A model generated the notes under the pieces. That model saw only the letters and a list, made by a program, of their open reading frames with translations, ran no database searches and had not been told where the DNA came from. A stretch of 64,000 bases of DNA from Cyanidioschyzon merolae (lineage: Eukaryota): NCBI GenBank assembly GCA_000091205.1, contig AP006497.2; one strand, written 5' to 3'. Shown here one piece after another: positions 39,389 through 49,618 of the stretch (positions are counted from its first letter, which is position 1; each line of letters opens with the position of its first letter). The translations under genes were made by a program, and so were the position numbers.

Positions 39389-40345
39389 ATGTTCCTAACC
39401 CCAGTTGGCACGTCCTGCACTGGAACGCTTCGACGTCCGATAATTGGGAGGCAGCGTTTACAAACCGCCAAGCTCGGGCGTCTGGTGGCTCGCACCGCGG
39501 TCCCCGACTCCCTTGAAGTTGCGGTAGCGCAGGCGCAGGAGGCTACTCGGCGTGCCCTGGCAAACTCCTTGCGTCAGCTGCGACTCGAACTCGATACGTC
39601 TCTCGGGGACGAGACCTACTCTCGATTGAAGCAAACGTTGCCGTTCTTGCGGCTGCTTTGTTTGGCCCTGCTTCAAAGTGACGAGTCGTTGAGGTCGAGT
39701 CTACGAGTCCTTCTTCCAGACGAGGGTGCGGCGGCAGCTCTGCGTAACGACTGGAAGTCCGAAGATCAACTATCTTCAGTTCCGGTATTTTCAATAGAGA
39801 GTAGAGTGCGGCGACGTGAGCTGGTCGCCGAAGCACGTGAACATACCGTGACCTGTCTGGCGGTGACGCCGCGCGCTACCGAAGTCGACGCGCTCCAGGA
39901 ACTGGCTCGTGCTGCGAACGAGCACGATTCACTGCGTTTGATTGTACTCAATCCAGAGTTGATCGATATGGGTGCAACTGGGCTGGGACTCGCAGCGCGT
40001 CGCCTGCGCGATCGCCTCCTGAACGGTCTCGAGCCTGTCTATTATCTGCGCACAGCGCCGTGGGGTCTCGTGCTACGTGTTTATCCCGACGCGTGGAGCG
40101 TCTGGATTGATCGTGAGCGGTACCTGGCCGTGAAAGGAGAGCATGAAGCAGAAAATGCTGCCAATGACGACGACGCCTTCGTTTGCATTGCAGACGACTG
40201 GCAGGAGCAGCCCACTGGTGATGCGCTCGCAGACCTGGTGGAGTCATTCATGAATCCAGAGCAGGCGTTAAGTGGTCCGTTGGCAGGGCTTATGCAGTCG
40301 TGGCGGAGTCTACAACGTTTTCTTCGGGCGCTTCGCCAAACTTAG
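39389..40345 (+). CDS. DUF1995-domain protein (chloroplast LPA3-like family), tentative
   Basis: VAQAQEATRRALANSLRQLRLELD.. and LIVLNPELIDMGATGLGLAARRLRDRLLNGLEPVYYLRTAPWGLVLRVYPDAWSVW resemble DUF1995 conserved blocks. The track ORF starts at 39215 inside the element; the first ATG after the element end is at 39389. Confidence 0.45.
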   Translation: MFLTPVGTSCTGTLRRPIIGRQRLQTAKLGRLVARTAVPDSLEVAVAQAQEATRRALANSLRQLRLELDTSLGDETYSRLKQTLPFLRLLCLALLQSDESLRSSLRVLLPDEGAAAALRNDWKSEDQLSSVPVFSIESRVRRRELVAEAREHTVTCLAVTPRATEVDALQELARAANEHDSLRLIVLNPELIDMGATGLGLAARRLRDRLLNGLEPVYYLRTAPWGLVLRVYPDAWSVWIDRERYLAVKGEHEAENAANDDDAFVCIADDWQEQPTGDALADLVESFMNPEQALSGPLAGLMQSWRSLQRFLRALRQT

Positions 40346-41044
40346 TATAGTGGAGTGCCGTAAAGGCTTCCCTTGAAGAGCGCGCGTTCGCGAGCCCCGA
40401 ATGTGCTCTTGGTATCGGCAATGAGCGGTGGTCGATCACTGCACGTACCGCAAGTGCGAGTAGATGCAAGCCAAGGCATTACGGAATCGGAGACGGAATG
40501 CTCCTTGTAGACGCAAGCCCCGAGCACACGCTCAGGCGTGCTCTGTCGTCGAAATGGACAGCGCAAAGCACATCCACTCGCGGTTCGCAGCGACGAGAAG
40601 CGCGATCACCGGTGTGATGCGACTTCGGGCTAGGTTTCTGTGATTTGCTCGTTTTAGAGGCAAGACGGGTACGCTCGTTCGATATCAGTACCAGAGGCGT
40701 CGGTGTCCGCTTGTCATCGTGTCTTTGATTATCGCCGAGGCCCCGCGTTCATCGCTCGCTCAAGCAGTCTCACTGAATGGGATACATACGAGCATACCCG
40801 CTCATTTGAGCAGGCCGCATCAAACTGCCACGGATGTCGCTAGCATGCTCTCTGGTTCAGGCCTGATGAAAGCCAGCTTCCAGAAGGTACGTTCCTTCAG
40901 GAAATTCTCGTTCACGAGGCGCGCGCGTGCATACTCCCGCTTCCCCGAGCAGCAATGCCCCGGGAAGCTGCGGCTACGAACGCGGTGCGCACGCTACGGA
41001 AACACTCAACCATTCGACGCAAGCGGTTCAGCGCTACCAAACAC

Positions 41045-42576
41045 TCATGGCCCCAATGCGTTGCATGAGCTTGACCGCTGCCGCGGATCAGCGGGATCGC
41101 CGCTCACACGCTGCGGTATGCGCAAGGCTTGCAGTTCGGCGCGACGCTTGCGAGCGGCTTCCAGCAGTGCTTGTGCCAGCTGCTGCAGTCGATCCAGCTC
41201 TTCGGCGGACATCTCGGAAACCGAGTCTAAGAGCACCTTTTCGAATACCGCTGAATCGAGCGCAGCATTGCCGACTCGCTCGAGCAGTGTGCGAATCGTG
41301 TCCCGGAGCACGTCGGAGGAGTTCAGCGGCTCGGCATGCGTTTGAGATTCCGTCTGGAGCAAGAGGTGCCGCTTCCTCATTGAGACATCTTTGTCCTTAC
41401 GATAGTAATACCTGCCACCGTGCACTGTCGCACCAGCAGCTGCCAGTCGTCGGGTGATCTCAGCCAGGCCCGTTGGATCAAGCAGAAACGAGGTTCCCAG
41501 TTCAATGGCGTCATCGTTCATACAAGTCACTTGAGAGCGATAATAAAGGTCCGCAGCGCGTTCAAAACTGCGCACAAGTCGCAAGCGTGCGGCCTCGAGC
41601 TCGCCAGTCGGCACCAGGCCTGTGGCCCGCTGTCGAGGATCGACCGCGGGCGTCGCAGCGCCTGCAGTGCACCCGTGCAGTCCGGCTGCGACATGTTCCC
41701 GTTCGAAATAGGACAAAACAGCCTGAATAAAGGTATGGTAAACCTTCGGGCACCCCCGGTACTCGTATTCCATACGACCTTCGCGTAATGCAAGCTCCAC
41801 ATTTACCATCCGTTCGGGATGGAACTGAAGACCCACCAGAAAGCGTCCCTGTGTTGGATCGAAACAGTTTGGGTCGTAGAAGGCCTCCACGAGGCCGTCA
41901 TCGGCGTGCGCCATCGGCTTCAGACGCGGTGCCAGCTTCTTCACGCCCTGGTGATGATACGAATTGACCCAGAGCTCATCTTCCTCGAACCATTGATAGA
42001 GCGGTGTATCGCGCACGATTCGAATCCGATGACGGTGGCCGTCGTAGTTGTTATAGTCGATGTGCTTGACGGTGTCACCGAGCTCGGCTTCGATATCGGC
42101 GTAGAGGGTACCACCGCAGGCGACGTTCATGACCTGGCTTCCTCGACAGATGCCCAAATAGGGAATGCCGCGCTGGAGGCAGCGGCGAGCCAACTCGAAC
42201 TCGATCGAGTCCTTCGCTGTATCGTAGGTGGTGTCTTCAGCGTGCCGTTCCCGAATTCGACGCAGCGTTTCCTGATCGGCAAGCACACCGCCCTGATTTT
42301 CGTAGTGCTTGTAGAATTTGGGGTCAATGTCTTCACCCTCACAAAGCAAGAGACCGTGGAACGGTTCATACGAGTCCAAGCAGTCGATCATGCGCGGAAC
42401 TCGCGGCACGATGACCGGCACGGCTCCCCCGCCGAGGACGAGTTCCAGATGAAACTCGCCAACAAAATCAACGAACTTTTGTTTTCGCACGTGGCGACGA
42501 GAGACGATGAGCACACGCGGTAGCTTCTTGGCCAACGCCTCCAGAGCGACGCGGTCTTCGAGGCCCACCGTTTCCA
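41045..42576 (-). CDS. Class I glutamine amidotransferase-like / peptidase C26 (gamma-glutamyl hydrolase-type) with about 250-aa C-terminal extension
   Basis: [22 protein letters not shown] (catalytic Cys), [13 protein letters not shown] and GLQFHPERM (His) form the C26 GATase1 triad layout. The ATG is at 42576. Confidence 0.75.
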
Positions 42577-42810
42577 TCCTCGCCGCAGAAAGTGAGTTTC
42601 CCCAGTTGGGACCTGTGAAGAAAATAAGCAGGTTTCTGAAAAACCTGATAAGAAAGCAGTCTCCAGTAACGAAGAGCAACTATGTTTCTGTGTTTTTGTC
42701 AAGGGAAGTGGTGTTGTGAACACGCCGGCGTCTCCATGGTACGGCGTGGCACGGCATTTTTCGACTGACTTGACCCCTCTTGCAGGGCGGTTGCGCTGTT
42801 CACAGCCGTC

Positions 42811-43953
42811 ATGTCGTTGAGCGTTAGAGTGGTGCTCCCCGGTGGGGACTTTATCTTCATTCGAGGACTTACATCGAATAGTCTGGTGAAGGACGTGTTG
42901 GATCGATTACAGAGCCAAATGCCGACGCTTCCGCCTGGACTGCTCTGGTATCAAGGTCGTGCACTTGCCGAAGCGCATACCCTCGCTGAAGAAGGCATCA
43001 CAAGCGGCGTCTCGTTGAACTGGACAACCGCGTCATCTAAACCTAAAGAGACTTGGAAAGGAGAACACATATCAGAGGGCTTTGTTCCCGGGGAGGCGCT
43101 CAAAGCACTGGTGCCGTTCAGCGAGCAGTTAAACGCCTGGACGCTTGGAGACCTACGAGCTGGAAAGCTGCGAGCGTTCTGGAGGCTCCGTCAACTACAG
43201 ACTCTAGGAACGATAGACGGAGACACAGCCCGGGTTCCAGGTTCCGTCGAAAACGCTCAAGATACTGAGCAGGCGTTGCGAGCCGGACTAGAGTTGGCGC
43301 AACGCACGCTAGCTTCAGTGTCCAATACTTCGTTGAGCACACTTGAGAACGAGACAGAGGCCCGCTGGCGTCTTGAGCAGCTAGCTCTGGCACTTCGCTG
43401 GCTTAGTGACGGGCTGTTCTGTGTCAGTGCCATCGCGTCGGCGGGTGCCTATTCCGGCCGAGGCGACGCAGAAGAAGCCTTGGGTTGCACCGCTGCACTC
43501 CGAGAACTGCTAGGGCGGATCCAGTCGAGCGAGTCCCCCGGGTTCCAAACTGAGCAAGCGGAATCCCAAGCAAATGTCTCCACTTGGCAACCGGAGATTT
43601 CATCAAAGTCGACATCGGCTTCCAGGTCGGGTACATTGTCTTCAAGGGCGACTGGCGCAGGCTCCGTGCTTGCAACGTCGCTTGGTGGCATCGCAGGCGC
43701 AGCGACGGCTAAGAAAACGACATTTCGAACACAGGCAGTCCCTGCTGCGTCGGTACCCAAGCGCTCGGCAGCTTTTGCGACAACTCGAAGCGCGCCGGTC
43801 ATAGATTCTCGACTGGAGTCGCTCATTGACGAGTCGGAGCTGCAGCGATGGAAGGCTTTACTCGCAAGGGATGCGCGATATCAGCCGTCAGCAGGAATGC
43901 GGACACTGAGTGTGCTCTATCGCTCTACAGGCCGTCATAGTGTTGGGCTCTGA
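42811..43953 (+). CDS. Hypothetical protein with N-terminal ubiquitin-like fold (tentative) and S/T/A-rich tail
   Basis: 380-aa ORF from an ATG. VRVVLPGGDFIFIRGLTSNSLVKDVLDRL..GITSGVSL is a Ubl-like pattern. Confidence 0.4.
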   Translation: MSLSVRVVLPGGDFIFIRGLTSNSLVKDVLDRLQSQMPTLPPGLLWYQGRALAEAHTLAEEGITSGVSLNWTTASSKPKETWKGEHISEGFVPGEALKALVPFSEQLNAWTLGDLRAGKLRAFWRLRQLQTLGTIDGDTARVPGSVENAQDTEQALRAGLELAQRTLASVSNTSLSTLENETEARWRLEQLALALRWLSDGLFCVSAIASAGAYSGRGDAEEALGCTAALRELLGRIQSSESPGFQTEQAESQANVSTWQPEISSKSTSASRSGTLSSRATGAGSVLATSLGGIAGAATAKKTTFRTQAVPAASVPKRSAAFATTRSAPVIDSRLESLIDESELQRWKALLARDARYQPSAGMRTLSVLYRSTGRHSVGL

Positions 43954-44426
43954 GAAGCATTATTCGCAGCAGCTGATGCAGCAACAGCATAACCGATTGG
44001 ACTAGCCTACCATCATCCTCAGTGCACCGGAACCCGGCACTGGATGCTCCGGCAGTGCTTTTACCTCAAATCACTTGACGGCGTATAGCAGCATTCTAAG
44101 AAAATTCAAGAGAAGCAGTACCAAACAGGAACGATGCTCGCTGATCCCTTCTGATCATAGGAGGACGCGATGTCCAGCGTTTCACGGCGAGCGAATCCGC
44201 CTCTTGTAATGAGTTCTCTAGTGCGACGCGCTTGTGAAACGTGGAATCGCACCACCAACATCATCAACACCAATACCGTTACGATCGCCATGACTATCGC
44301 CAGAGGCTAACATGCCTCTGCGCGGCTTGCACCATGCGCTTTCACGGAGCGCATATGTTCCAAATCCCACAGAGCAACGAGACTCGCGTCTGGTGATGGT
44401 CCTCAAGGCAGCGGCGGCCTGGATTC

Positions 44427-44966
44427 TCAGGGCTTGTTTGAAGGCGAATGTTGCGAAGAGCATTCGGTCTCCTCGGTAGGCTCGTTCCACGTACTGTAGC
44501 GGGGTATGCCCTCGTGGCGCCAATGGTGCACCATAGAACGAGTAAAGGGCGCTATTTTGCGTTCGTGAAGCGGTTCCTCGTGTGGATCATAGACGACGTA
44601 CTGAAAACCATATTTTTCAGCGTACTGAATAGCTGCCTCTTTCGAGGAAAAAGTGAGCGTTGTTTGCGAGAGCGGATCACCGCTGCTGTACCAACCCATG
44701 AGCGGGTTTGTCCAGCGCCCGAAACCGTCCTGAACCTCGAACTCTGCTTTCCAGAGCTGCGTCCGGGATCCTCGCCCTTGCTGCGTTGCGGAACGAGCAG
44801 GTCGGTAGATGCGCAACCGCCGAGACCGGTGCTCGTCGGGAGTGCCGCTAACGCGCCCGAGGGCACCACGGGTGTCCTCAAAAAGCCTTCGCTGACCACT
44901 GAGTGGGTTCTGCCTTTGGAGTATATGTTTCCACAGCCCACTAGCTCTGTGGAGAACGTAAGCCAT
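44427..44966 (-). CDS. NDUFS4: NADH dehydrogenase (complex I) iron-sulfur protein 4, NDUFS4 / AQDQ subunit
   Basis: RLRIYRPARSATQQG...WKAEFEVQ..WTNPLMGWYSSGDPLSQTTLTFSSKEAAIQYAEKYGFQYVV is the NDUFS4 signature. The first ATG is at 44966. Confidence 0.85.
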   Translation of the reverse strand: MAYVLHRASGLWKHILQRQNPLSGQRRLFEDTRGALGRVSGTPDEHRSRRLRIYRPARSATQQGRGSRTQLWKAEFEVQDGFGRWTNPLMGWYSSGDPLSQTTLTFSSKEAAIQYAEKYGFQYVVYDPHEEPLHERKIAPFTRSMVHHWRHEGIPRYSTWNEPTEETECSSQHSPSNKP

Positions 44967-47754
44967 GGACACGGAACTCGCAGACGCGCCTGGAGCAAAC
45001 CGCTGTTCGTTTGTTGAGCGTGCCACAGCGGCGTGCAGTCAGCGGCGCAATGCCGACCTTCATGTCTGTGCCTGCGGGAAGGCGGCCTGCTTGGGTGCTT
45101 CTTTTTCTCTTGGGTGCAGCATCGTTCACGGGGGCTAGGGAACCCCGATTGCATGCAATTGCTATCGATATCCGGAGAAGAGTCCATCGTACCACACCAG
45201 ACCTTCGAGTGCCACCATTAACCACCATTATCACTGTCTGCAATTACCTCCAGAGATTCTGGTTATATTGTGTGATTCTCCGGTTGCCAAGCACGCTACG
45301 AGTGCCTGTAGCAGCGGTGCCCGTATGGACGTCGACTCGACAAGTCGATGATACTCCCTTGTCATGCCGTGTCGCCATGTAAAGGTATTTCGCACCCGCG
45401 TGCATCACCACGCGATCCGGTGTGTCGTCCGGGTCGCGAATCGGAGACGCTTTCGCTAGTGCGCGCTCATCGACTGTGTTTTTACCACCATTCCTAGACT
45501 GCTCTCTATCAAACGCTATCGTGACAGTGCAGCGGTCTCAGGATACTGCAGGAGTGCGACGCTTCCTCGGGCGCCGCATCGACATGGCTGCGTAGCAGCG
45601 GGCGATTGTTCAACGATACAACATACGTATGCAGAAACGCAACACCTCGCTTTGCTTCACACTGATGTATCCTGTGGGCGCACACTGTATCCTCTGCAAG
45701 GATACGCACACTTCATCGAGTGAAGTAGATGACTGGAAGAGGCCTCGCAGCCACCGATACGATGCTTGCTGCAGATAAATCTGTGCATCTCTCGTGCAAT
45801 AGCGCTTCAGAGTCACATACACGCTCCGTTCGCCCCAGATGCGTCTTCATAAGCGTCTTTGGTCCAACAAGAGCCAGGAACCCAGCACTGAAGCATATAC
45901 GCAGAGGCGATTGTGCGGAAAGCAGGGTTTCTTCCGCCGAGGCGGCGCAACATTTGTCCGTGCGAATCGTACCACGAATACTGAGAGAATACAGCTGTTT
46001 CCCGGAAACCGTTGTTATCACCTTGATCCAGATGCCACCGGTGTTCTGCTCAGAGTTTGCAGTTGGATACCTTAACACGATTTATATCGACATGATGGAG
46101 ACAAGTCCGGGAATCGGAGCCAACAGCCAGCGTGCAGGCAACTGCGCTGCGCTAGCGCTGGGCGTCTTCGCGTCGTTTTCGCCAAACACATGCACACACA
46201 GAGGCATACAATCACTCCAATCTGCAACCGTGGCACGTTCAACTGGAACACAGAACAGCTCGCTCTGACCATTCCCTGCGATTTTTTCCAAGAAAGTTAG
46301 TAACTGTACGGTCTCGGCACTCGAAATGCAGCAAGACCGGCCTACGTATTCAAACGTGGATTCAGGATTCTTGGGCGTGTTCTTTTCGGAGTGGCGCGTT
46401 CGACCGTTGCCGCGGCAAGTCGCTACGCTACCGGAATCAAGATGATTCGCAACACCCTCGAAAAGCCTCCGTATAATCATCGATATTATCATCCAAGTTA
46501 TACGTGCAAGCCTCCATTCGTCTCCATTCCTAACGTAGAACACATGCAACGCACGCTTGCTTCAGGTTCTCAGTCAGTCTTTCTGTTTCAAGGAAACTGG
46601 AGGGTGCAGCGAAATGCGCTGCTGGATTGACGAGGAGAAAACCTCGACGTTGTTCCTCTTGATACGCTCACGAGCGCATGCCGGAAGCTCGCTGAACTTT
46701 TCACCTCAAATAGTCGATCTCGTTCCAATAACAAAGCGTCCTCCCTTGATGGCATTCGACAGCAACATGATACCTCTCACGAGACATGCTCCCAGAGGCG
46801 CGTGCATCCTCTGGTTGCACCATTCAGGGTCTTTGCCTCGTTATTGAGTCGTCGCAGCGATTGCTTCCAGTGGAAAGGGCGCGACCGCTTTGCAACAGGA
46901 ATATGTTGACATATCGAATATCGATACGACTGTTCCTCAGGTTTGGATCTTGATTCGATTACCTATTTCATCACAGACAACATCGCGTTCAACAAACCCC
47001 GACCAAATGGAACAGCGCGCGCGTGCTGTTCCAGCAGACAGTGTACTCAAGGAGAGGATCGCCCAGAACAGATCCGTCATACGACGCTGTGATATGGAGT
47101 GCGGAAACGGAGCAGCGTATCGAAGGGAACCTCCTCGGCCCGGTCAAGTGCCTGTACCGAGCGATGAAGAAAACGTTCACGCGCCACCGCGTGGCCCTTG
47201 CCGGAGAACGAGGAGTCCGTCTGACGGACTTGCGTCCACACCTGACCACAGTCAAGTGTCAGCGCTACGCAGGGCGCACCGATGCAGCACACAAAAGAAT
47301 GTATACTGCAAGCGTCTTCGAAAGACGGAAGCGGTGTACCCGGGCCTTGAACGCTTCCAACAGCATCCCTCGATTGCTTACAGCGGAGCTGGGTCGACAC
47401 GGACGACCGACCGATTATGCAGCCCGAGATAAGAGCGGAAAAGAAAGCAGTCACACAAAAAGCCCGCAAAGGCTGATATTGACGACACTGGGAAGAAACC
47501 GAAACTTTAGAGTGTACGCTCGTATCCTTGGATCTGTTCCACGGTATTATTCTGACGTGAGCGTCGTACTACAGAACGAAACTCCAAACTCCTCGACAGG
47601 TCTCCAATGACCCTATTCCAGTTTATAGCAGCAACGGTGGCTAGCACTCGGCTCAGCGCAACTGCAAAGCGTGCCCGGCACTCCGGGAGACACCCCGCGT
47701 GCGCGCAGCCGCATCCGGTGTGCGTGCATCTCGCCCGCCGCTGCTGGGCCACCA

Positions 47755-47815
47755 CAGCAGCACAGCAGCAGCACAGCAGCAGCGGCAGCAGCAGCAGCAG
47801 CAGCAGCAACAGTAG
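47755..47815. repeat. (CAG)n imperfect microsatellite
   Basis: cagcagcagcacagcagcagcggcagcagcagcagcagcagcaacag. Confidence 0.85.
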
Positions 47816-47911
47816 CAGTGGACGTCCACACGAACGGCACCTGGGATCGTACCCGAGGCATCGCCCGGTGGACAAGCCGGTGGTGCAACGCGTCCCTGCT
47901 GCTCTGTGGAT

Positions 47912-49618
47912 ATGGCGGGGGTTCGGGAGCGTGATTCTCTCGAACCTTCGAGAGAGCCTGCTCCACGGGTGCAGCGAAAGAGCTCTCGTGACGGGAGCGA
48001 AAGCAACCCGAACCGCAAAGCGAATCGTTGGTCCTTCTCCGGCATCGAAGAGGCACTCGAGTTGCCGAGCGCCCGAACGAATTCCCTGTCAGCACTTGAT
48101 GTAGACAACACGAGAGCAGATTCAAGCCGGAGACGACGTCGTGACGCGACCTCGACAACTTCCTCCAGTTCTACGGCAAGGTCGCGCAGCCGCACCCCGG
48201 AACGGTTCGCTTGTCGACAGCTGGCGTATCGTGCACCCCCTGGAGTCGAGACATTGGCGTACCATAGCTATGGGCTATTCCTTGGAAAGCTCGAAACGCT
48301 GCGTTTAGGTGTGCGTAGCTTCTTTCGAAAAACGGTTCCACGCTTTCTGAGTGCTTGCTGGTGTCTGCTGCAGTTGCTTCTGCTCCGTGCCAGGTTCAAT
48401 CCGACAGCATTCGTCAAAATGGAGCAGCTTCTGGGCGGGTCCTGCTGGATTCGACGCCCAAGGAGTCGAGATGGCTCTGCTTCGCAACCATTAGATGCGA
48501 AAGCGAATGACAAACGTGCTTCAAAACAGGTGAAAATGGGCCGTGATGCCGAGCGCAGCCGCTCTGCCCAGAACTCGACCGAGCCGCAGGCGAAGGGGTT
48601 CTCTTCTCGATTGGCTGCAGCTGGCGACCGCTTTCTTTCCTATATCGCTGCATTTGGATTGCTTGGCATTTCGCCATCATCGATCTTGGGTGGCATCCGC
48701 AAGCGCCTCGTTCAGTATCACAGTATGTTCTCGTGGGAGGGCGTCGTCGGCCGAGCATCACGCTGCGCAGCCGCGCGAGGCCGGACGACGCTCTACTGGT
48801 GTCGCGACACGGTGTTGCGACCCGGCTCAAAGCCAGTGCTACTAGGTCTGGCGTCGGCGCAAGTACTCGGTGCGGTCTCATGTGATATTGCCGAATGGGT
48901 AGCGCGAATAGTTCTGGAAACGTTTGCGCGATGCTTTACTCGAGTTCGCGTCGATAGCACCACCCTGATCGACAGTATCCAGTTTGGCGGCTTGTTGCCG
49001 CGCTTCGCTCGAGTGTCGTGCGGCCCGTTTCTTGCGTACGCCTCGACGCCGACGGAACGGAAGATTCTTGTGCTCGATCTGGACGAGACTCTGGTTCACA
49101 GCAGCTTCAAAGAACGCAATGGCTGTGACATCACCGTCGAGGTTGAGGTCGATGATGTTCCGACGGTATTCTTCGTTCGAAAACGACCGCATTTGGAGCT
49201 ATTCATTCGAGTCGCTCGCCAGTGGTACGATCTGGTCATCTTTACTGCTAGCCTGCGCCGTTACGCAGACCCCCTGGTAGACGCACTCGATCCAACGCGC
49301 ACGCTCTTCAGAGCGCGATACTTTCGGGAGGACTGTGTGCGCCTGCCTCCCTATAATTTCGTGAAAAACTTGAATATCATCAGCCCGAATTTGGGAAAAG
49401 TCATTATTGTGGACAATTCACCGGCGAGCTATGCTCTCCAGGCAGCCAACGCTCTGCCAATCGACGCTTGGTACGATGACCCATTCGATGAGGAGCTGCT
49501 TAACCTTTTACCGGTGCTTCGTAGCCTGAGTATTCTGGAAGATGTCCGCAGTGTACTTGGTTTACGCTTAACGCGAGGTTCATTGATCAGTCGATATAAA
49601 CCGCTCGTTGCGATGTAG
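47912..49618 (+). CDS. FCP1-homology (NIF/CTD small phosphatase-like) phosphatase with N-terminal TM segments (Dullard/Nem1- or Tim50-like)
   Basis: KILVLDLDETLVHSSF (DxDxT motif), LVIFTASLRRYADPLVDALDP and KVIIVDNSPASYA. Hydrophobic segments lie upstream. Confidence 0.75.
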   Translation: MAGVRERDSLEPSREPAPRVQRKSSRDGSESNPNRKANRWSFSGIEEALELPSARTNSLSALDVDNTRADSSRRRRRDATSTTSSSSTARSRSRTPERFACRQLAYRAPPGVETLAYHSYGLFLGKLETLRLGVRSFFRKTVPRFLSACWCLLQLLLLRARFNPTAFVKMEQLLGGSCWIRRPRSRDGSASQPLDAKANDKRASKQVKMGRDAERSRSAQNSTEPQAKGFSSRLAAAGDRFLSYIAAFGLLGISPSSILGGIRKRLVQYHSMFSWEGVVGRASRCAAARGRTTLYWCRDTVLRPGSKPVLLGLASAQVLGAVSCDIAEWVARIVLETFARCFTRVRVDSTTLIDSIQFGGLLPRFARVSCGPFLAYASTPTERKILVLDLDETLVHSSFKERNGCDITVEVEVDDVPTVFFVRKRPHLELFIRVARQWYDLVIFTASLRRYADPLVDALDPTRTLFRARYFREDCVRLPPYNFVKNLNIISPNLGKVIIVDNSPASYALQAANALPIDAWYDDPFDEELLNLLPVLRSLSILEDVRSVLGLRLTRGSLISRYKPLVAM

